Shown: in pieces, positions 9,769-19,763 of the stretch
How the letters are laid out: each line of letters starts with the position of its first letter
How positions within the stretch are numbered: position 1 is the first letter of the stretch
Source: Fibrobacterota bacterium
GTDB taxonomy: Bacteria; Fibrobacterota; Fibrobacteria; UBA11236
Reading direction: 5' to 3'
DNA: 64,000 nt
Assembly: GCA_947466585.1 (NCBI GenBank)
Contig: CANIEU010000005.1
Coordinates: 64,412 to 128,411, forward strand
Position numbers and translations under genes: made by a program
Notes under the pieces: generated by a model
What the model saw: the letters and a program-made list of their open reading frames with translations, nothing else
Database searches by the model: none
Told to the model about the DNA's origin: nothing

Positions 9769-10569
9769 ATGCCGCGGCTCAAAATTGCCGGCTGGCTTCC
9801 CGTGTTATCCATGTGTGTTCTGGCGGTTTCCGCAACGGCTGCCAATCCCTTGCAGGCTTCGGAAGGTACGCCTTCGAAGTCGACGCTCGCCGCCGTTTCG
9901 CCGTTTACGGAAGCGGTTTCTCCACTCGCATCTTTGGCCGCACCAGGCATGCCGCGCGACTGGATGGCGCCCGACAACACCATCTTTTATGATCATCCGC
10001 TCATTCTGCGCCAGTGCGGTTACGGCGTGCTCACCGGTTTGGTCGCGGGGTCGCTCGGATTCTACATCGGAAACGCTTTTGAAGGGATGATCTTCGATCA
10101 CAACTCGCACAAAGGCTATCTGAGCTTTACCGGCATTCGCTACGAACACAGTCGGCGCTTTTTGGGCATGCCGGCGGGAGGCCCGTTCCTCGGAGGAACG
10201 ATCGGTCTGTTGGGTGGCAGTTCGCTGATGGTGTTTTTTACGGGCGACGCCGATGAGGAGCCCGGCAGTGTATTCTGGACCGTTGCAGGTGGTGCGCTCA
10301 CCACCGTGGCTGCGCTGGCCTTGGCTGATGTGGCGGGAGTGGGTGAGGATCGTGGCATGCTTCCCTTCATTCCGCTGTTGGCCTTGCCGCCGATCGGCGC
10401 CGTGGGTGGTTATCATGTTTCGCGTTGGTTCAACGATGCCAAGCGGCATCGCATCACGGAACCCGGCAGATCGGCCACGGGTCCGGTTTTCTACGGTCCG
10501 CGTGTGGGCATGACCCCGGGCCCCGACGGAATGGTGACGCGCCTCGAAGCGCTGCGCCTGACATTTTGA
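9769..10569 (+). CDS. hypothetical Gly-rich secreted/membrane protein
   Basis: Signal peptide MPRLKIAGWLPVLSMCVLAVSATAA. Glycine-zipper-like hydrophobic stretches. No identifiable domain. Confidence 0.45.
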   Translation: MPRLKIAGWLPVLSMCVLAVSATAANPLQASEGTPSKSTLAAVSPFTEAVSPLASLAAPGMPRDWMAPDNTIFYDHPLILRQCGYGVLTGLVAGSLGFYIGNAFEGMIFDHNSHKGYLSFTGIRYEHSRRFLGMPAGGPFLGGTIGLLGGSSLMVFFTGDADEEPGSVFWTVAGGALTTVAALALADVAGVGEDRGMLPFIPLLALPPIGAVGGYHVSRWFNDAKRHRITEPGRSATGPVFYGPRVGMTPGPDGMVTRLEALRLTF

Positions 10570-10592
10570 AACCGCTTCATCCACTCCTCGCC

Positions 10593-12725
10593 ATGCGCTT
10601 TCCTGTCGCCCTGATTCTCGCCGTCGGCGGGCTCCTTTCCACGGGATCGGCGGCGGTTGCGCCGGCCTCCGGTGGTCGCGATCGCGATGTGGCGATCGCA
10701 CGGCTGCATAATCGCAGCCTGTTCTCCTGGCATTACGCGCCTCCCGCGCTCGACAACGCCTTTTCAAACCGCGTGTTCGACCTGTATTTAAAACGACTGG
10801 ATCCGCAAAAGCGGTTTTTGCTGAAGTCCGATGTGGATTCGCTCGCGCGTTTTCGCAATCTACTCGACGACCAGATGCGCGCAGGCGACTTCACCTTCGT
10901 CGATGCCGCCAATACGGTGCTCGACCGGCGCGTCACCGACGCGCGTGCCCTGGCCCGCGAGTTGATCAAAGCCGGCGTAGATCTGGATGCTCCCGATTCG
11001 ATCGCATCCGATTTGCGCAAGTTCCAATACGCGGCCGACACCAAGGCGAGACGTCAGCAGTGGAGCCGTCTGCTCAAGTTGCAAATCCTCTCCCGTCTCG
11101 AAAGCCGCGGGCGCGAGTTCAAGGTGGATGACGAAGAAGAGGAAGAGACCGAAGCTTCCCGCGCGAAACCCTTCGCACGCCCCGATAGTGCCGCCCTGCG
11201 CGAGGCCCGCGCCTACGTGGAGCGCAGCCTCGACCGCAGTTTCGCGCGCATGATCCGCGAAGACAAGTTCGAGCGCGTCGCCATTTATCTCGACGCCGTG
11301 GCCAACGTGGCTGATCCGCATACGTCGTACCTCAAACCCGAGGGACGTGAAGAGTTTAACATGACCATGAGCGGCACGCTGCAAGGCATCGGCGCCACGC
11401 TGCGCGAAGACGACGGTTTCATTCGCGTGGTGGCGATCATTCCCGGCAGTGCGTCGTGGCGGCAACGTCAGCTGAAAGCCGAAGACAAAATCCTCAAGGT
11501 CGCGCAGGGTTCCGACGAGCCCGTCGATTTGGCCGATGCCAGCGTGCAGGAGGCCGTGCGCCTGATCCGTGGGCCCAAGGGCACCGAGGTGCGCCTCACG
11601 GTGCAGAAACCCGACGGCCAGATCAAGGTGATTTCCATCATCCGCGATGTGGTGGTGGTCGAGGAAAGCTACGCCAAGTCCGCCCTGCTCGAGACGCCGG
11701 GGTCGGCGCTCAAGGTGGGTTACATCACCCTTCCCGCCTTCTACCACGATTTCCAGAACCCCAAGGGCCGCAGCAGCGCGACGGACGTGCGCCGCGAACT
11801 GGAACGCCTCAAGGCGCAAGGCGTAGGCGCGGTGGTGCTCGATCTGCGCGGCAACGGCGGCGGCTCCCTCGACGATGCCGTCAAAATGGCCGGGCTCTTT
11901 CTGCCATGGGGCCCGATGGTGCAGGTGCGAGACCGTCAGGGTGCCGGTAACGTGCTCGAAGACATGGATCCTTCGGTGGTGTTCGACGGCCCGTTGGCGG
12001 TGCTCGTGAATACGTTCAGCGCTTCGGCCTCGGAGATCATGGCCGCCGCCATGCAGGATTACGGCCGCGCGGTGATTTTCGGAACGGACACCACCTTCGG
12101 CAAGGGCACCGTGCAAACCCTCATCGATCTCGACAACCTTGCCGCACCCTCCGAGGCCGCCTACAAGCCGATGGGTACCCTCAAGCTCACCATTCAGAAG
12201 TTCTACCGCGTCAACGGAGGCTCCACCCAATTCTTGGGCGTTGTTCCCGACATTCTGATTCCCGACGGCTACACGAACCTCGATGTTGGGGAGAAGAGCC
12301 TCGAGTATCCGCTGCCATGGGATTCGGCGCGCCCGCTTCGCATCCAACGCTGGTACGCACCGCCGCCGCTCTCCGATTTGCAGGCGAAGAGCCGCGGGCG
12401 CGTGGCGGCCAGCCCGTATTTTACACGTTTGCATTCGACGCTCCGCGCGCAGGCCTTACGCAAGAACGATTTCGTTCCACTGTCGCTCGACCGGTATTTC
12501 GCCGAGCGGGAACGCAATCGAATCGAAGGCGATTCGCTCGAGGTGCTGCAAAAGCAAAAAGCCGGTTTGACCGTCACACCGCTTATTTCGTTGAACGCTG
12601 CGTTCGCCGCGGATTCGGTGGAACAGCGCAAGGCGAACGATTGGAAGGAACAGCTCGGCAAGGACTTTTACTTGCGCGAGGCGGTCGACGTTTTGTGTGA
12701 TTGGGCCGGCGCCGCGAAGAAGTAG
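10593..12725 (+). CDS. prc: tail-specific C-terminal processing protease, S41 family
   Basis: 710 aa counted from ATG 10593. Signal peptide, PDZ domain, and an S41 catalytic region (VLDLRGNGGGSLDDAV). Confidence 0.8.
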   Translation: MRFPVALILAVGGLLSTGSAAVAPASGGRDRDVAIARLHNRSLFSWHYAPPALDNAFSNRVFDLYLKRLDPQKRFLLKSDVDSLARFRNLLDDQMRAGDFTFVDAANTVLDRRVTDARALARELIKAGVDLDAPDSIASDLRKFQYAADTKARRQQWSRLLKLQILSRLESRGREFKVDDEEEEETEASRAKPFARPDSAALREARAYVERSLDRSFARMIREDKFERVAIYLDAVANVADPHTSYLKPEGREEFNMTMSGTLQGIGATLREDDGFIRVVAIIPGSASWRQRQLKAEDKILKVAQGSDEPVDLADASVQEAVRLIRGPKGTEVRLTVQKPDGQIKVISIIRDVVVVEESYAKSALLETPGSALKVGYITLPAFYHDFQNPKGRSSATDVRRELERLKAQGVGAVVLDLRGNGGGSLDDAVKMAGLFLPWGPMVQVRDRQGAGNVLEDMDPSVVFDGPLAVLVNTFSASASEIMAAAMQDYGRAVIFGTDTTFGKGTVQTLIDLDNLAAPSEAAYKPMGTLKLTIQKFYRVNGGSTQFLGVVPDILIPDGYTNLDVGEKSLEYPLPWDSARPLRIQRWYAPPPLSDLQAKSRGRVAASPYFTRLHSTLRAQALRKNDFVPLSLDRYFAERERNRIEGDSLEVLQKQKAGLTVTPLISLNAAFAADSVEQRKANDWKEQLGKDFYLREAVDVLCDWAGAAKK

Positions 12726-12736
12726 GCGGTTGGTGG

Positions 12737-13555
12737 TTAACCACCAACCGCGATTTTTCCGTACGACCAGTTGTATTGTTCCGGCGCTCGCGTGAGCGCC
12801 TTTTCCATCTCCACGGATAGATCTGCGCGCAGGGCCTCGGGCCGCACGCGCGTGAAGCGGAACACGGTATCGTGCGCTCCTTCCAGAACCACCGATACCG
12901 CTAGGCATTCCGGCCGCCGCGCCCCGATCCAATCCAGCAAGCGGGTGGGTATGGGTATGCGGACCCGACCCTTTTGAAAGGTCATCCAGTTTTCGGTCTG
13001 ACCGGGAACCTGGTCGATCATCAAGGCCAGCACTCCGGGACCGCTTTCGCACCGTGCCCAGCCCCGCAGCAAGGCCGTGTCTCCCGGCCGGATCACAGTC
13101 ACGCCGCTGATCCGTCTGCCTCGCGACATCCATTCCGCCAGCTCGGGAGAAAAGGCCGAGGCAGTCATCAGGAAGAAAGGGTGAGCGGGAGCATTCCTTG
13201 CAGGGATTTGATGGAGCAATTCCACGGGCCCTTGGTGCCAGCCAAACAGCACCACGGGATTCCCGGAGGCCAGCGCGTCGGCATAGAGACTCGACCCCTC
13301 GATCCGAATGGTGCTTCCGTCGTACCTTCCGTTAAAATGTTGCAGCGACTGCAAGGCAAGACGCAACCGCATGCGGTAGTAGGTACGTGCGGAAACCGGT
13401 GGCTGCAAACGGACGAGGCGTCGCCGGGTCCGTTTCCGGATGAGTGCGTACACGGGCAACGTGGCTTCACCGAGAATGGTCGCAACAATCGGAGGGAGGC
13501 GACCGATGGCCTTCAACAGAAGTACCGCGAACGCTCCGATGATGCGCTTCAACAT
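12737..13555 (-). CDS. LpxL/HtrB-family lipid A late acyltransferase-like protein
   Basis: 272 aa counted from the internal ATG at 13553-13555. N-terminal TM helix, HQGPVE (HX4E) acyltransferase motif, and a C-terminal PEQYNWSYG. Separated from the upstream gene by 3 nt. Confidence 0.6.
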   Translation of the reverse strand: MLKRIIGAFAVLLLKAIGRLPPIVATILGEATLPVYALIRKRTRRRLVRLQPPVSARTYYRMRLRLALQSLQHFNGRYDGSTIRIEGSSLYADALASGNPVVLFGWHQGPVELLHQIPARNAPAHPFFLMTASAFSPELAEWMSRGRRISGVTVIRPGDTALLRGWARCESGPGVLALMIDQVPGQTENWMTFQKGRVRIPIPTRLLDWIGARRPECLAVSVVLEGAHDTVFRFTRVRPEALRADLSVEMEKALTRAPEQYNWSYGKIAVGG

Positions 13556-13557
13556 GG

Positions 13558-14949
13558 TCACGCAGAAAGAATCGTGCGTGTGGCATCCTCGTGGAAGGCG
13601 TCCGGAGCGAGGCCTTCTCCGGCGTAGGAGGTGAGCGGAGAGACTTCGACTTCCTTCTCCGCGAGCCGGGACTCCGGGAGACCCGCTTGCTGCGCCCACA
13701 GTCGGTGCAGGTCGAGAATCAGGGCGCGGGCTGTGGCCGGGCTGTCGGAAACACCTTCGCCGGAACGGTTTTTGACCGGGGCGAATTCGGCAGCGCGTTC
13801 GACTTCGAGCACGGCCATATCGGGAGCCATCGGGAATAGGTCGAACATGAAGAGTTCGAACTTCCACGCGTTCGGCGATGCGGGGGAGACGAGAGCGCCT
13901 TCCGCATCGACATGGGGGATTTTCTTGTGAGCGACGTGCCAAGGCAAGGCGGCATCAGCGTGCTGTTCGAGGAAGTCGCGCCGGAAAAGATGCACGGCGA
14001 TGTTCGCGGCACCATAGAGAAGCACACCCTCCGCACTGTCGTTCGCGCGTGCGGCACACATTTCGGGGGGCATTTCGCTGTACTCGATCACCGAAGGTTT
14101 GCCATCGCGGCGGCAGAATACGCCCACGCGCTCTTCGGGAGAAACCTTGGGCACGGCCTTGCTGGCGGCCGGAAGACCGGATTTCAATGCGAACCCGAGA
14201 AACTCCGGGTCGCAGACGCGTACGAGGGCGTTGTCGACGCTATAGAAGAACAACCACTCCACACCGCGGCGGCGCATGTCGTCTAACGCTCCCGAAGCCT
14301 TGAGTGCGGGAAAGCAGCCGCCGTTGCCGTTGGGGCCGAGCGCGATGCGCCCCTTATCCGAAAGCAGGATTTTCCCGGTGTCGTCGGTAAGCGGAAATTC
14401 GGCTTGGGGAAAGAAGGCAATTTGGTTTTCGGGAAGGCCGAAGAAGGCGTGTTGGCTGAAAAAGCCGGTGGTGGCTGCGTGGTTTTCGCGGCTCGTCATG
14501 ATGTACCACGGAACGGGTTTACCACACAAGGTTCCGATACGCAGCAACCGTTCGGCCTGCAATTGGAACAGTGATTTGTGCGAGGGCAGGCCGATGTCGA
14601 ATACGCCCTTGGGGCCGTCGTGTCCGAGGCGCGTGCCTTGTCCGCCTGCGACTAAAAACGCGGCGCATTTCCCTTCCGCCAAAGCAGCAAGTCCGAGTCG
14701 GCGGTATTCCGCGCTCACATGCGGGGCGGGGTTTTGGCCCGGCAAGGGTTCGATGCGTGCGGTTGCCGAAGCCTCCGGAGCAGGATGGGTCACCAAGGTG
14801 CGATGCAGTTTTGCGACCGTGTCGAAATCGATTGCGGAGATGTCGGAAAGCAACCCGGCCCGGCTTTCCGCATCGAGCTCTTCCCAGAAGCGGAGGAGGT
14901 GGGATTGACCGTGGAGGGCGAGAAGGGCTTGCGCGGATTCGAAAGTCAT
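13558..14949 (-). CDS. UDP-sugar pyrophosphorylase, eukaryotic-type UDPGP/UAP1 family
   Basis: 463 aa. LVAGGQGTRLG nucleotide-binding loop and overall UAP1/AGX1-like sequence. Confidence 0.7.
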   Translation of the reverse strand: MTFESAQALLALHGQSHLLRFWEELDAESRAGLLSDISAIDFDTVAKLHRTLVTHPAPEASATARIEPLPGQNPAPHVSAEYRRLGLAALAEGKCAAFLVAGGQGTRLGHDGPKGVFDIGLPSHKSLFQLQAERLLRIGTLCGKPVPWYIMTSRENHAATTGFFSQHAFFGLPENQIAFFPQAEFPLTDDTGKILLSDKGRIALGPNGNGGCFPALKASGALDDMRRRGVEWLFFYSVDNALVRVCDPEFLGFALKSGLPAASKAVPKVSPEERVGVFCRRDGKPSVIEYSEMPPEMCAARANDSAEGVLLYGAANIAVHLFRRDFLEQHADAALPWHVAHKKIPHVDAEGALVSPASPNAWKFELFMFDLFPMAPDMAVLEVERAAEFAPVKNRSGEGVSDSPATARALILDLHRLWAQQAGLPESRLAEKEVEVSPLTSYAGEGLAPDAFHEDATRTILSA

Positions 14950-14961
14950 GCCCGGCTCACC

Positions 14962-16113
14962 TTACCGCAGTTTGAAGAACACCAGCAAACCGAGAATCAG
15001 CGCCAGGATCGACACGAGGTGGAAACGCCAGATCAGTTTGGAATTCAGTGCTTGGATGCTCGGGAACCGGTCTTTCCATTTGAATTGGTAATGGTGATGC
15101 AGCGGTGCGCGCAGAAAGATGCGGCGGCCCTGTTTGTCGCCCGAGAAGTTTTTGGTGAGCTTAAATCCGCTGATCTGCAAAACCACCGAGGCCATTTCCA
15201 ACACGAGGACGAGACCCACGATGGGAAGAAAAAATTCGATTTTGAGCAGAACGAACATCACGCCGACCGCGCCGCCCAGACCGATGGCTCCCGCATCGCC
15301 CATGTAGATCTCGGCGGGAGGACTGTTGTACCACAGGTAGGCTAGTAGGCCACCAACCATGGCAGTACAGATGGGAGTGAGTTCGTCGCCCCCGGGAATG
15401 TGCGGGATGAGGAAGTATTTCGCGAGGATGGCATTGCCCGAGATGTAGGCGACCAATCCCGCGAACAGGGCGGTGGTTATCAGCGGCACGCTGACGAGCG
15501 AATCCATGCCGTCGGTGAAGTTGGCGCCGTTGGCGGTGGAGGCGATCACCAGGCAGATCAACCCGATGAAGGCCCAGTTCGGAAGATGGGGGAACCACAA
15601 CTCGGGCTTGATGAACGGGACGGTAACGTGGCCGGAGAGTCCCGGAATGAATTTGTACGCGAAGACCGCGACCACTAACGAGAACAGAAAGTACAGGAAC
15701 AGGCGCAGCCGTGCGGAAATACCGTCGGCCTTGGCCTGGTAATCGGCGCGGGTGATTTTACCCAAGGCGACGAGGCGCTTGTTGCGCACCTTCATGAGAT
15801 CATCGACGCCCCCAATGGCGGCATAGGCGATGAGAATCACGAGGGTGGACACGGAGTATGCATTCCACTTCGAGAAGGTCAGGCTCGCGATGATTACCGC
15901 CAGGACGACCAGCATGCCTCCGAGGATGGGCGGCGGCGGGGTTTTGCCGTGGTCGAAATCGGCGGTCGCGTCGACCCGGCGAAGATAAGCGATGAACCCG
16001 GGCATGAACACGAACACGATGAGAGCGGCAAAAAGGGAGGAGGCTCCGGCCCGAAACAGGCGGTCCTGGAACAGTTGGATGCCGGTCAAATTGAAAAGCA
16101 GAATCGAAAGCAT
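14962..16113 (-). CDS. MraY-family polyprenyl-phosphate sugar-1-phosphate transferase (MraY-like paralog)
   Basis: 383 aa, about 10 TM helices. Carries DD (GGVDDLMK), NGANFTDGMD and PLHHHYQ motifs as in MraY. The context is not a dcw cluster. Confidence 0.7.
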   Translation of the reverse strand: MLSILLFNLTGIQLFQDRLFRAGASSLFAALIVFVFMPGFIAYLRRVDATADFDHGKTPPPPILGGMLVVLAVIIASLTFSKWNAYSVSTLVILIAYAAIGGVDDLMKVRNKRLVALGKITRADYQAKADGISARLRLFLYFLFSLVVAVFAYKFIPGLSGHVTVPFIKPELWFPHLPNWAFIGLICLVIASTANGANFTDGMDSLVSVPLITTALFAGLVAYISGNAILAKYFLIPHIPGGDELTPICTAMVGGLLAYLWYNSPPAEIYMGDAGAIGLGGAVGVMFVLLKIEFFLPIVGLVLVLEMASVVLQISGFKLTKNFSGDKQGRRIFLRAPLHHHYQFKWKDRFPSIQALNSKLIWRFHLVSILALILGLLVFFKLR

Positions 16114-16114
16114 T

Positions 16115-17110
16115 TCAGACCTTGATAGGGGCGGGAGCTGTTGCGACGACCGTTGGCCCAGGCGCGCCGCGGGTTTTAATTTCGGCGTACAGATCGCGAA
16201 GGCTGTCTTCCAACGAGATCATGGGCTTCCAACCGGTAAGTGCCATGAATTTTTCGGGAGAGCCTGCGAGCAGGGGAATATCGAGCGCCCGCTCCAGCGA
16301 AGGATCGATGCGGATTTCGATCGGACAACCGGACAGCTGGATCAGGAACTGGACCAGATCCCGGATGGTGCGCACCTTGCCTGAACAGATGTTGTAGGTC
16401 TCGCCGGTGTTGCCGCGCTTCATCAAGAGGGCGAAGGCGCGTGCTTGATCGCGCACGTCGATGTAGTCGCGCGACACGTCGAGGTTTCCGGTGTAGATCG
16501 CGGTTTCTCCGTCGTTCAATTCGATGGAGGCGATTTGCGAAGCCGTAGAGGACAATACGAATTTTTCAGGCTGGTGCGGTCCCGTCACGCCGAAGGGGCG
16601 GGCCGTTACCGTGTCGAGACCGTGGGCGACGGTGAACTGGCGGGCGATCAATTCGCACGAAGCCTGCGCCGTGGCATAAGGCGAGAGCGGAAGGAAGCGG
16701 TCGGTTTCGTGATGGAGGATATCCATCGCTCCCTTGCGGCCACCGTAAATTTCCGAAGAAGATGCCAGTACCACGCGGGCTTTGGGCACCGATTGGCGCA
16801 CCGATTCGAAGAGATTGTACGCTCCGGAGGTGAAGAACTGGTAGAGCGCAGCGGGCTTCATTCCCGGCATGCCCAGCGAGAACTCCTGCGACACAAGATG
16901 ATAAACTTCGGCCGGCCTCCAAGTGTTCATCAGGGAAAGCGTCTGCTTGAAATCGGAAAGATCGGACCCCACGTAGGTCACGTGGGAAAGGCGCAAACGC
17001 TCGGGTACAGGCTCGGAAGTTACGGCAACAATGTCGCCGCCATCGTGCGGCAACAGGTTCAGCAGGTGATACCCGAGGGTGCTGTTGCAGCCGGTGACGA
17101 GAATGCTCAC
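16115..17110 (-). CDS. NAD-dependent epimerase/dehydratase (extended SDR)
   Basis: 331 aa with an N-terminal Rossmann fold (ILVTGCNSTLGYHL). Shares a 4-nt overlap with the aroKB start region. Confidence 0.7.
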   Translation of the reverse strand: MSILVTGCNSTLGYHLLNLLPHDGGDIVAVTSEPVPERLRLSHVTYVGSDLSDFKQTLSLMNTWRPAEVYHLVSQEFSLGMPGMKPAALYQFFTSGAYNLFESVRQSVPKARVVLASSSEIYGGRKGAMDILHHETDRFLPLSPYATAQASCELIARQFTVAHGLDTVTARPFGVTGPHQPEKFVLSSTASQIASIELNDGETAIYTGNLDVSRDYIDVRDQARAFALLMKRGNTGETYNICSGKVRTIRDLVQFLIQLSGCPIEIRIDPSLERALDIPLLAGSPEKFMALTGWKPMISLEDSLRDLYAEIKTRGAPGPTVVATAPAPIKV

Positions 17111-18789
17111 GCGCCCGCTCCCGGAGTGGTTTCAGCGGGTGAATCCGAGGCCGTAGGAGGATGTTCCAGAACGCTGTAGAAGGCCGCCAGCACGTCGGCT
17201 TTGGGCGGGTTGACCACGGTTTCCACGGCGCCGATACGGCGGGGCAGAATGAACACGCGCTTGTTTTGTTCGGCCTTCTTGTCGCGCCCCGTGGCTTCCC
17301 ATGCTTTTTCTGCGTCGAAGCGGCCCCGGAAATACCGCGGCAGTTCGAGGCGGTCGAGCAGCGCGTTGTGACGGATTTCGTCTTCCGCGGTGAACATGCC
17401 GAGGCGCACCGCGAGTCGCGCGGCGCAGCGCATCCCGAGAGCTACGGCCAGGCCGTGGGGCAAGTCGCGATAATTGGCGAGGTATTCGAAAGCGTGTCCG
17501 AAGGTGTGCCCGTAGTTCAGCACCGCGCGTCCGCCTTCTTCGCGTTCCCGTTCGTCACGACCCACCACTTCGGCCTTGATGGCGCACGAGGTGCGGATCA
17601 CACGGCGCAGCGTTTCAGGATCCTTCGCCAACACCGCAGCGGCGTTTTGGTCGAGATCGGCGAATAGCCCGTTGTCGCGGATCACAGCATACTTGGCCAC
17701 CTCTGCGAGGCCCGCGAGAAACTCGCCGTGCGGCAGGGTGGAAAGTGCGGACAGACTGATGATCACGGCGCGCGGTTGATGAAACGCGCCGACCAGGTTT
17801 TTCCCCAACGGATGATTCACGCCGGTTTTTCCACCCACGCTCGAGTCGACCATCGACAACAAGGTGGTGGGCACCTGCACGAATTCCACGCCCCGCATGA
17901 AGATGGAGGCGGCGAAGCCGGCCATGTCTCCGGTCACGCCGCCGCCGACTGCGTACACCGTGGTCTTCCGCGAGCAGTTTTTACGCAACATCCAGGTGAT
18001 GAGTTTCTGCACCGAGGCGAGGGATTTTTCCTGTTCGCCGCCGCGCCAATAAAACGCCGGAGCGCCCCGCAAGGCGTGGCGCAGTTGTTCGAGCATCGTT
18101 CCTTGCGCGGCCTTGATCATCTGATCCGAGGCGATAACGGAATGGCGGGGACAATCGGTCTTGTCGGCGATGGCGTCCGCATGCCCTGAAAGGTCTTCTT
18201 CGATATAGATCGGATAGCGGCGCTCGCCCAGTTCGACCCAAAGCGGATCGAGTTGCTCCACTTGCAATCGGTGGATGATGCGCCGGGTGATCGAATGATG
18301 CGGGGTGTCTTCGCCCGACTCGAAGCGGAAGTCGGCCAGGTCGTACACCGGTTTGCGTTCGGTCAGCATGGCCTTGATCTTCACGAGCTTGGCCGCGTCG
18401 TCGAGCCCGGCCAGCAGCGGGCGCGAGTCCTGTTTACGGTTCACGCGCTCGAGAATGACTTCGGGTCGCGCGTACAGATTGATGAGCACGCCGTTTTGAC
18501 GCACCAGTTCGAGCGCTCCGGGATTGAGCAGGGTCCCGCCGCCCAGCGCGGCCACCATGGGACCGCCCTCGCAGATTTCTCGCAGCACTTCGACTTCCAT
18601 CGCCCGAAAGGCGGGCTCGCCTTGCTCCGCGAAAATTTCGGGAATGGTTTTTCCGGCACGCTCTTCGACGAGGCGGTCGGTGTCGAAAAATTTCCAGCCC
18701 AGCGAGGCCGCTGTCAGCGAGCCGATGCGGCTCTTGCCGGTCGCCATGAAACCGGTGAAGAAAATGCTGCGGGTCAACGGGATCTTCAT
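17107..18789 (-). CDS. aroB: bifunctional shikimate kinase / 3-dehydroquinate synthase (AroK-AroB fusion)
   Basis: 560 aa counted from ATG 18787-18789. N-terminal P-loop shikimate kinase (FTGFMATGKSRIG) fused to a DHQ synthase (AVGGGVTGDMAGFAA, HTFGHAFE). ATGA overlap with aroE. Confidence 0.85.
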   Translation of the reverse strand: MKIPLTRSIFFTGFMATGKSRIGSLTAASLGWKFFDTDRLVEERAGKTIPEIFAEQGEPAFRAMEVEVLREICEGGPMVAALGGGTLLNPGALELVRQNGVLINLYARPEVILERVNRKQDSRPLLAGLDDAAKLVKIKAMLTERKPVYDLADFRFESGEDTPHHSITRRIIHRLQVEQLDPLWVELGERRYPIYIEEDLSGHADAIADKTDCPRHSVIASDQMIKAAQGTMLEQLRHALRGAPAFYWRGGEQEKSLASVQKLITWMLRKNCSRKTTVYAVGGGVTGDMAGFAASIFMRGVEFVQVPTTLLSMVDSSVGGKTGVNHPLGKNLVGAFHQPRAVIISLSALSTLPHGEFLAGLAEVAKYAVIRDNGLFADLDQNAAAVLAKDPETLRRVIRTSCAIKAEVVGRDEREREEGGRAVLNYGHTFGHAFEYLANYRDLPHGLAVALGMRCAARLAVRLGMFTAEDEIRHNALLDRLELPRYFRGRFDAEKAWEATGRDKKAEQNKRVFILPRRIGAVETVVNPPKADVLAAFYSVLEHPPTASDSPAETTPGAGA

Positions 18790-19745
18790 GCGCGTTTCCC
18801 GGAGTTCTGGTCGAGTTCCATTTTTTGTTGCAGTCGAATTCCTTCGTAGAAGTGCGCAGGATCGGGTTCTTTCCCGGTCCACAGCCGGAACGAGGCGATT
18901 CCCTGATGTACCAGCATCCCGAGCCCGCCGACGGTCGAACATCCCTTGGCCCGTGCAGCCTGAATCAAGGCTGTTTCCTCGGGATTGTACACGATGTCGT
19001 AGACGATTTGAGACGGCTTCAGGAGGTCGCCGGGCAGCGGACTCGCGCTCACGTTCGGATGCATGCCCACCGGTGTGGTGTTCACGATGACGTCAAAATC
19101 GCCGTGGGTATGTTGCGCCGTGGCATAGTCGTCCAGCGCAATGGCCCGGATGTCGAATTGGGGAGCGGCGGCTTTTACTTCGGCGATGAGGTCAGTGGAT
19201 TTTTCGGGAGCGCGCGCCACCAAGGTTGCGGTGCGAGCGTGCGTCAAGAGAGCCAAGGCGAAGGCGATGGTGCGGGCGGAACCGCCGTTGCCAAGAATGG
19301 CCACGGACTTGCCGTCAAAGCTATGACCGGCATCACGGAAGGCGTTGATGAAACCTTCGGGGTCGGTGGTGGTGCCGTGGAGTTTCCCATCGCGATGCAC
19401 GATGGTATTGACAGCGCCCATCACTCGCGAAATATTCGAGATGGTGTCGCACAGAGGCACCACCGATTGTTTGTGCGGCATGGTCACGTTGACGCCGAGA
19501 AATCCGACCGCCTTCAAAGCCTTCAGCAGGTTGGCGAGTCCAGAGGTCTCTACCGGAAAGGGGACGTATACCAGATCCAAGCCGAGTCCCTGGATTCCGC
19601 CGTTGTGCATGGCGGGCGAGTACGAGTGCGACAGAGGGTTGCCGAAAATGCCGAGCAACCGTGTCGATCCGCGAATCAGGCTTGAAGGCCCTGACTGCTC
19701 TAAAGGCAAAACGGGAAGGTCGGACTGTTGCGACGGTGTCGGCAT
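18786..19745 (-). CDS. aroE: shikimate dehydrogenase
   Basis: 319 aa with LLGIFGNPLSHSYSP and VTMPHK motifs. Has a ~30 aa N-terminal extension, so the true start may be downstream. Confidence 0.8.
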   Translation of the reverse strand: MPTPSQQSDLPVLPLEQSGPSSLIRGSTRLLGIFGNPLSHSYSPAMHNGGIQGLGLDLVYVPFPVETSGLANLLKALKAVGFLGVNVTMPHKQSVVPLCDTISNISRVMGAVNTIVHRDGKLHGTTTDPEGFINAFRDAGHSFDGKSVAILGNGGSARTIAFALALLTHARTATLVARAPEKSTDLIAEVKAAAPQFDIRAIALDDYATAQHTHGDFDVIVNTTPVGMHPNVSASPLPGDLLKPSQIVYDIVYNPEETALIQAARAKGCSTVGGLGMLVHQGIASFRLWTGKEPDPAHFYEGIRLQQKMELDQNSGKRA

Positions 19746-19763
19746 TTGGAGGGCTTTACCCGG

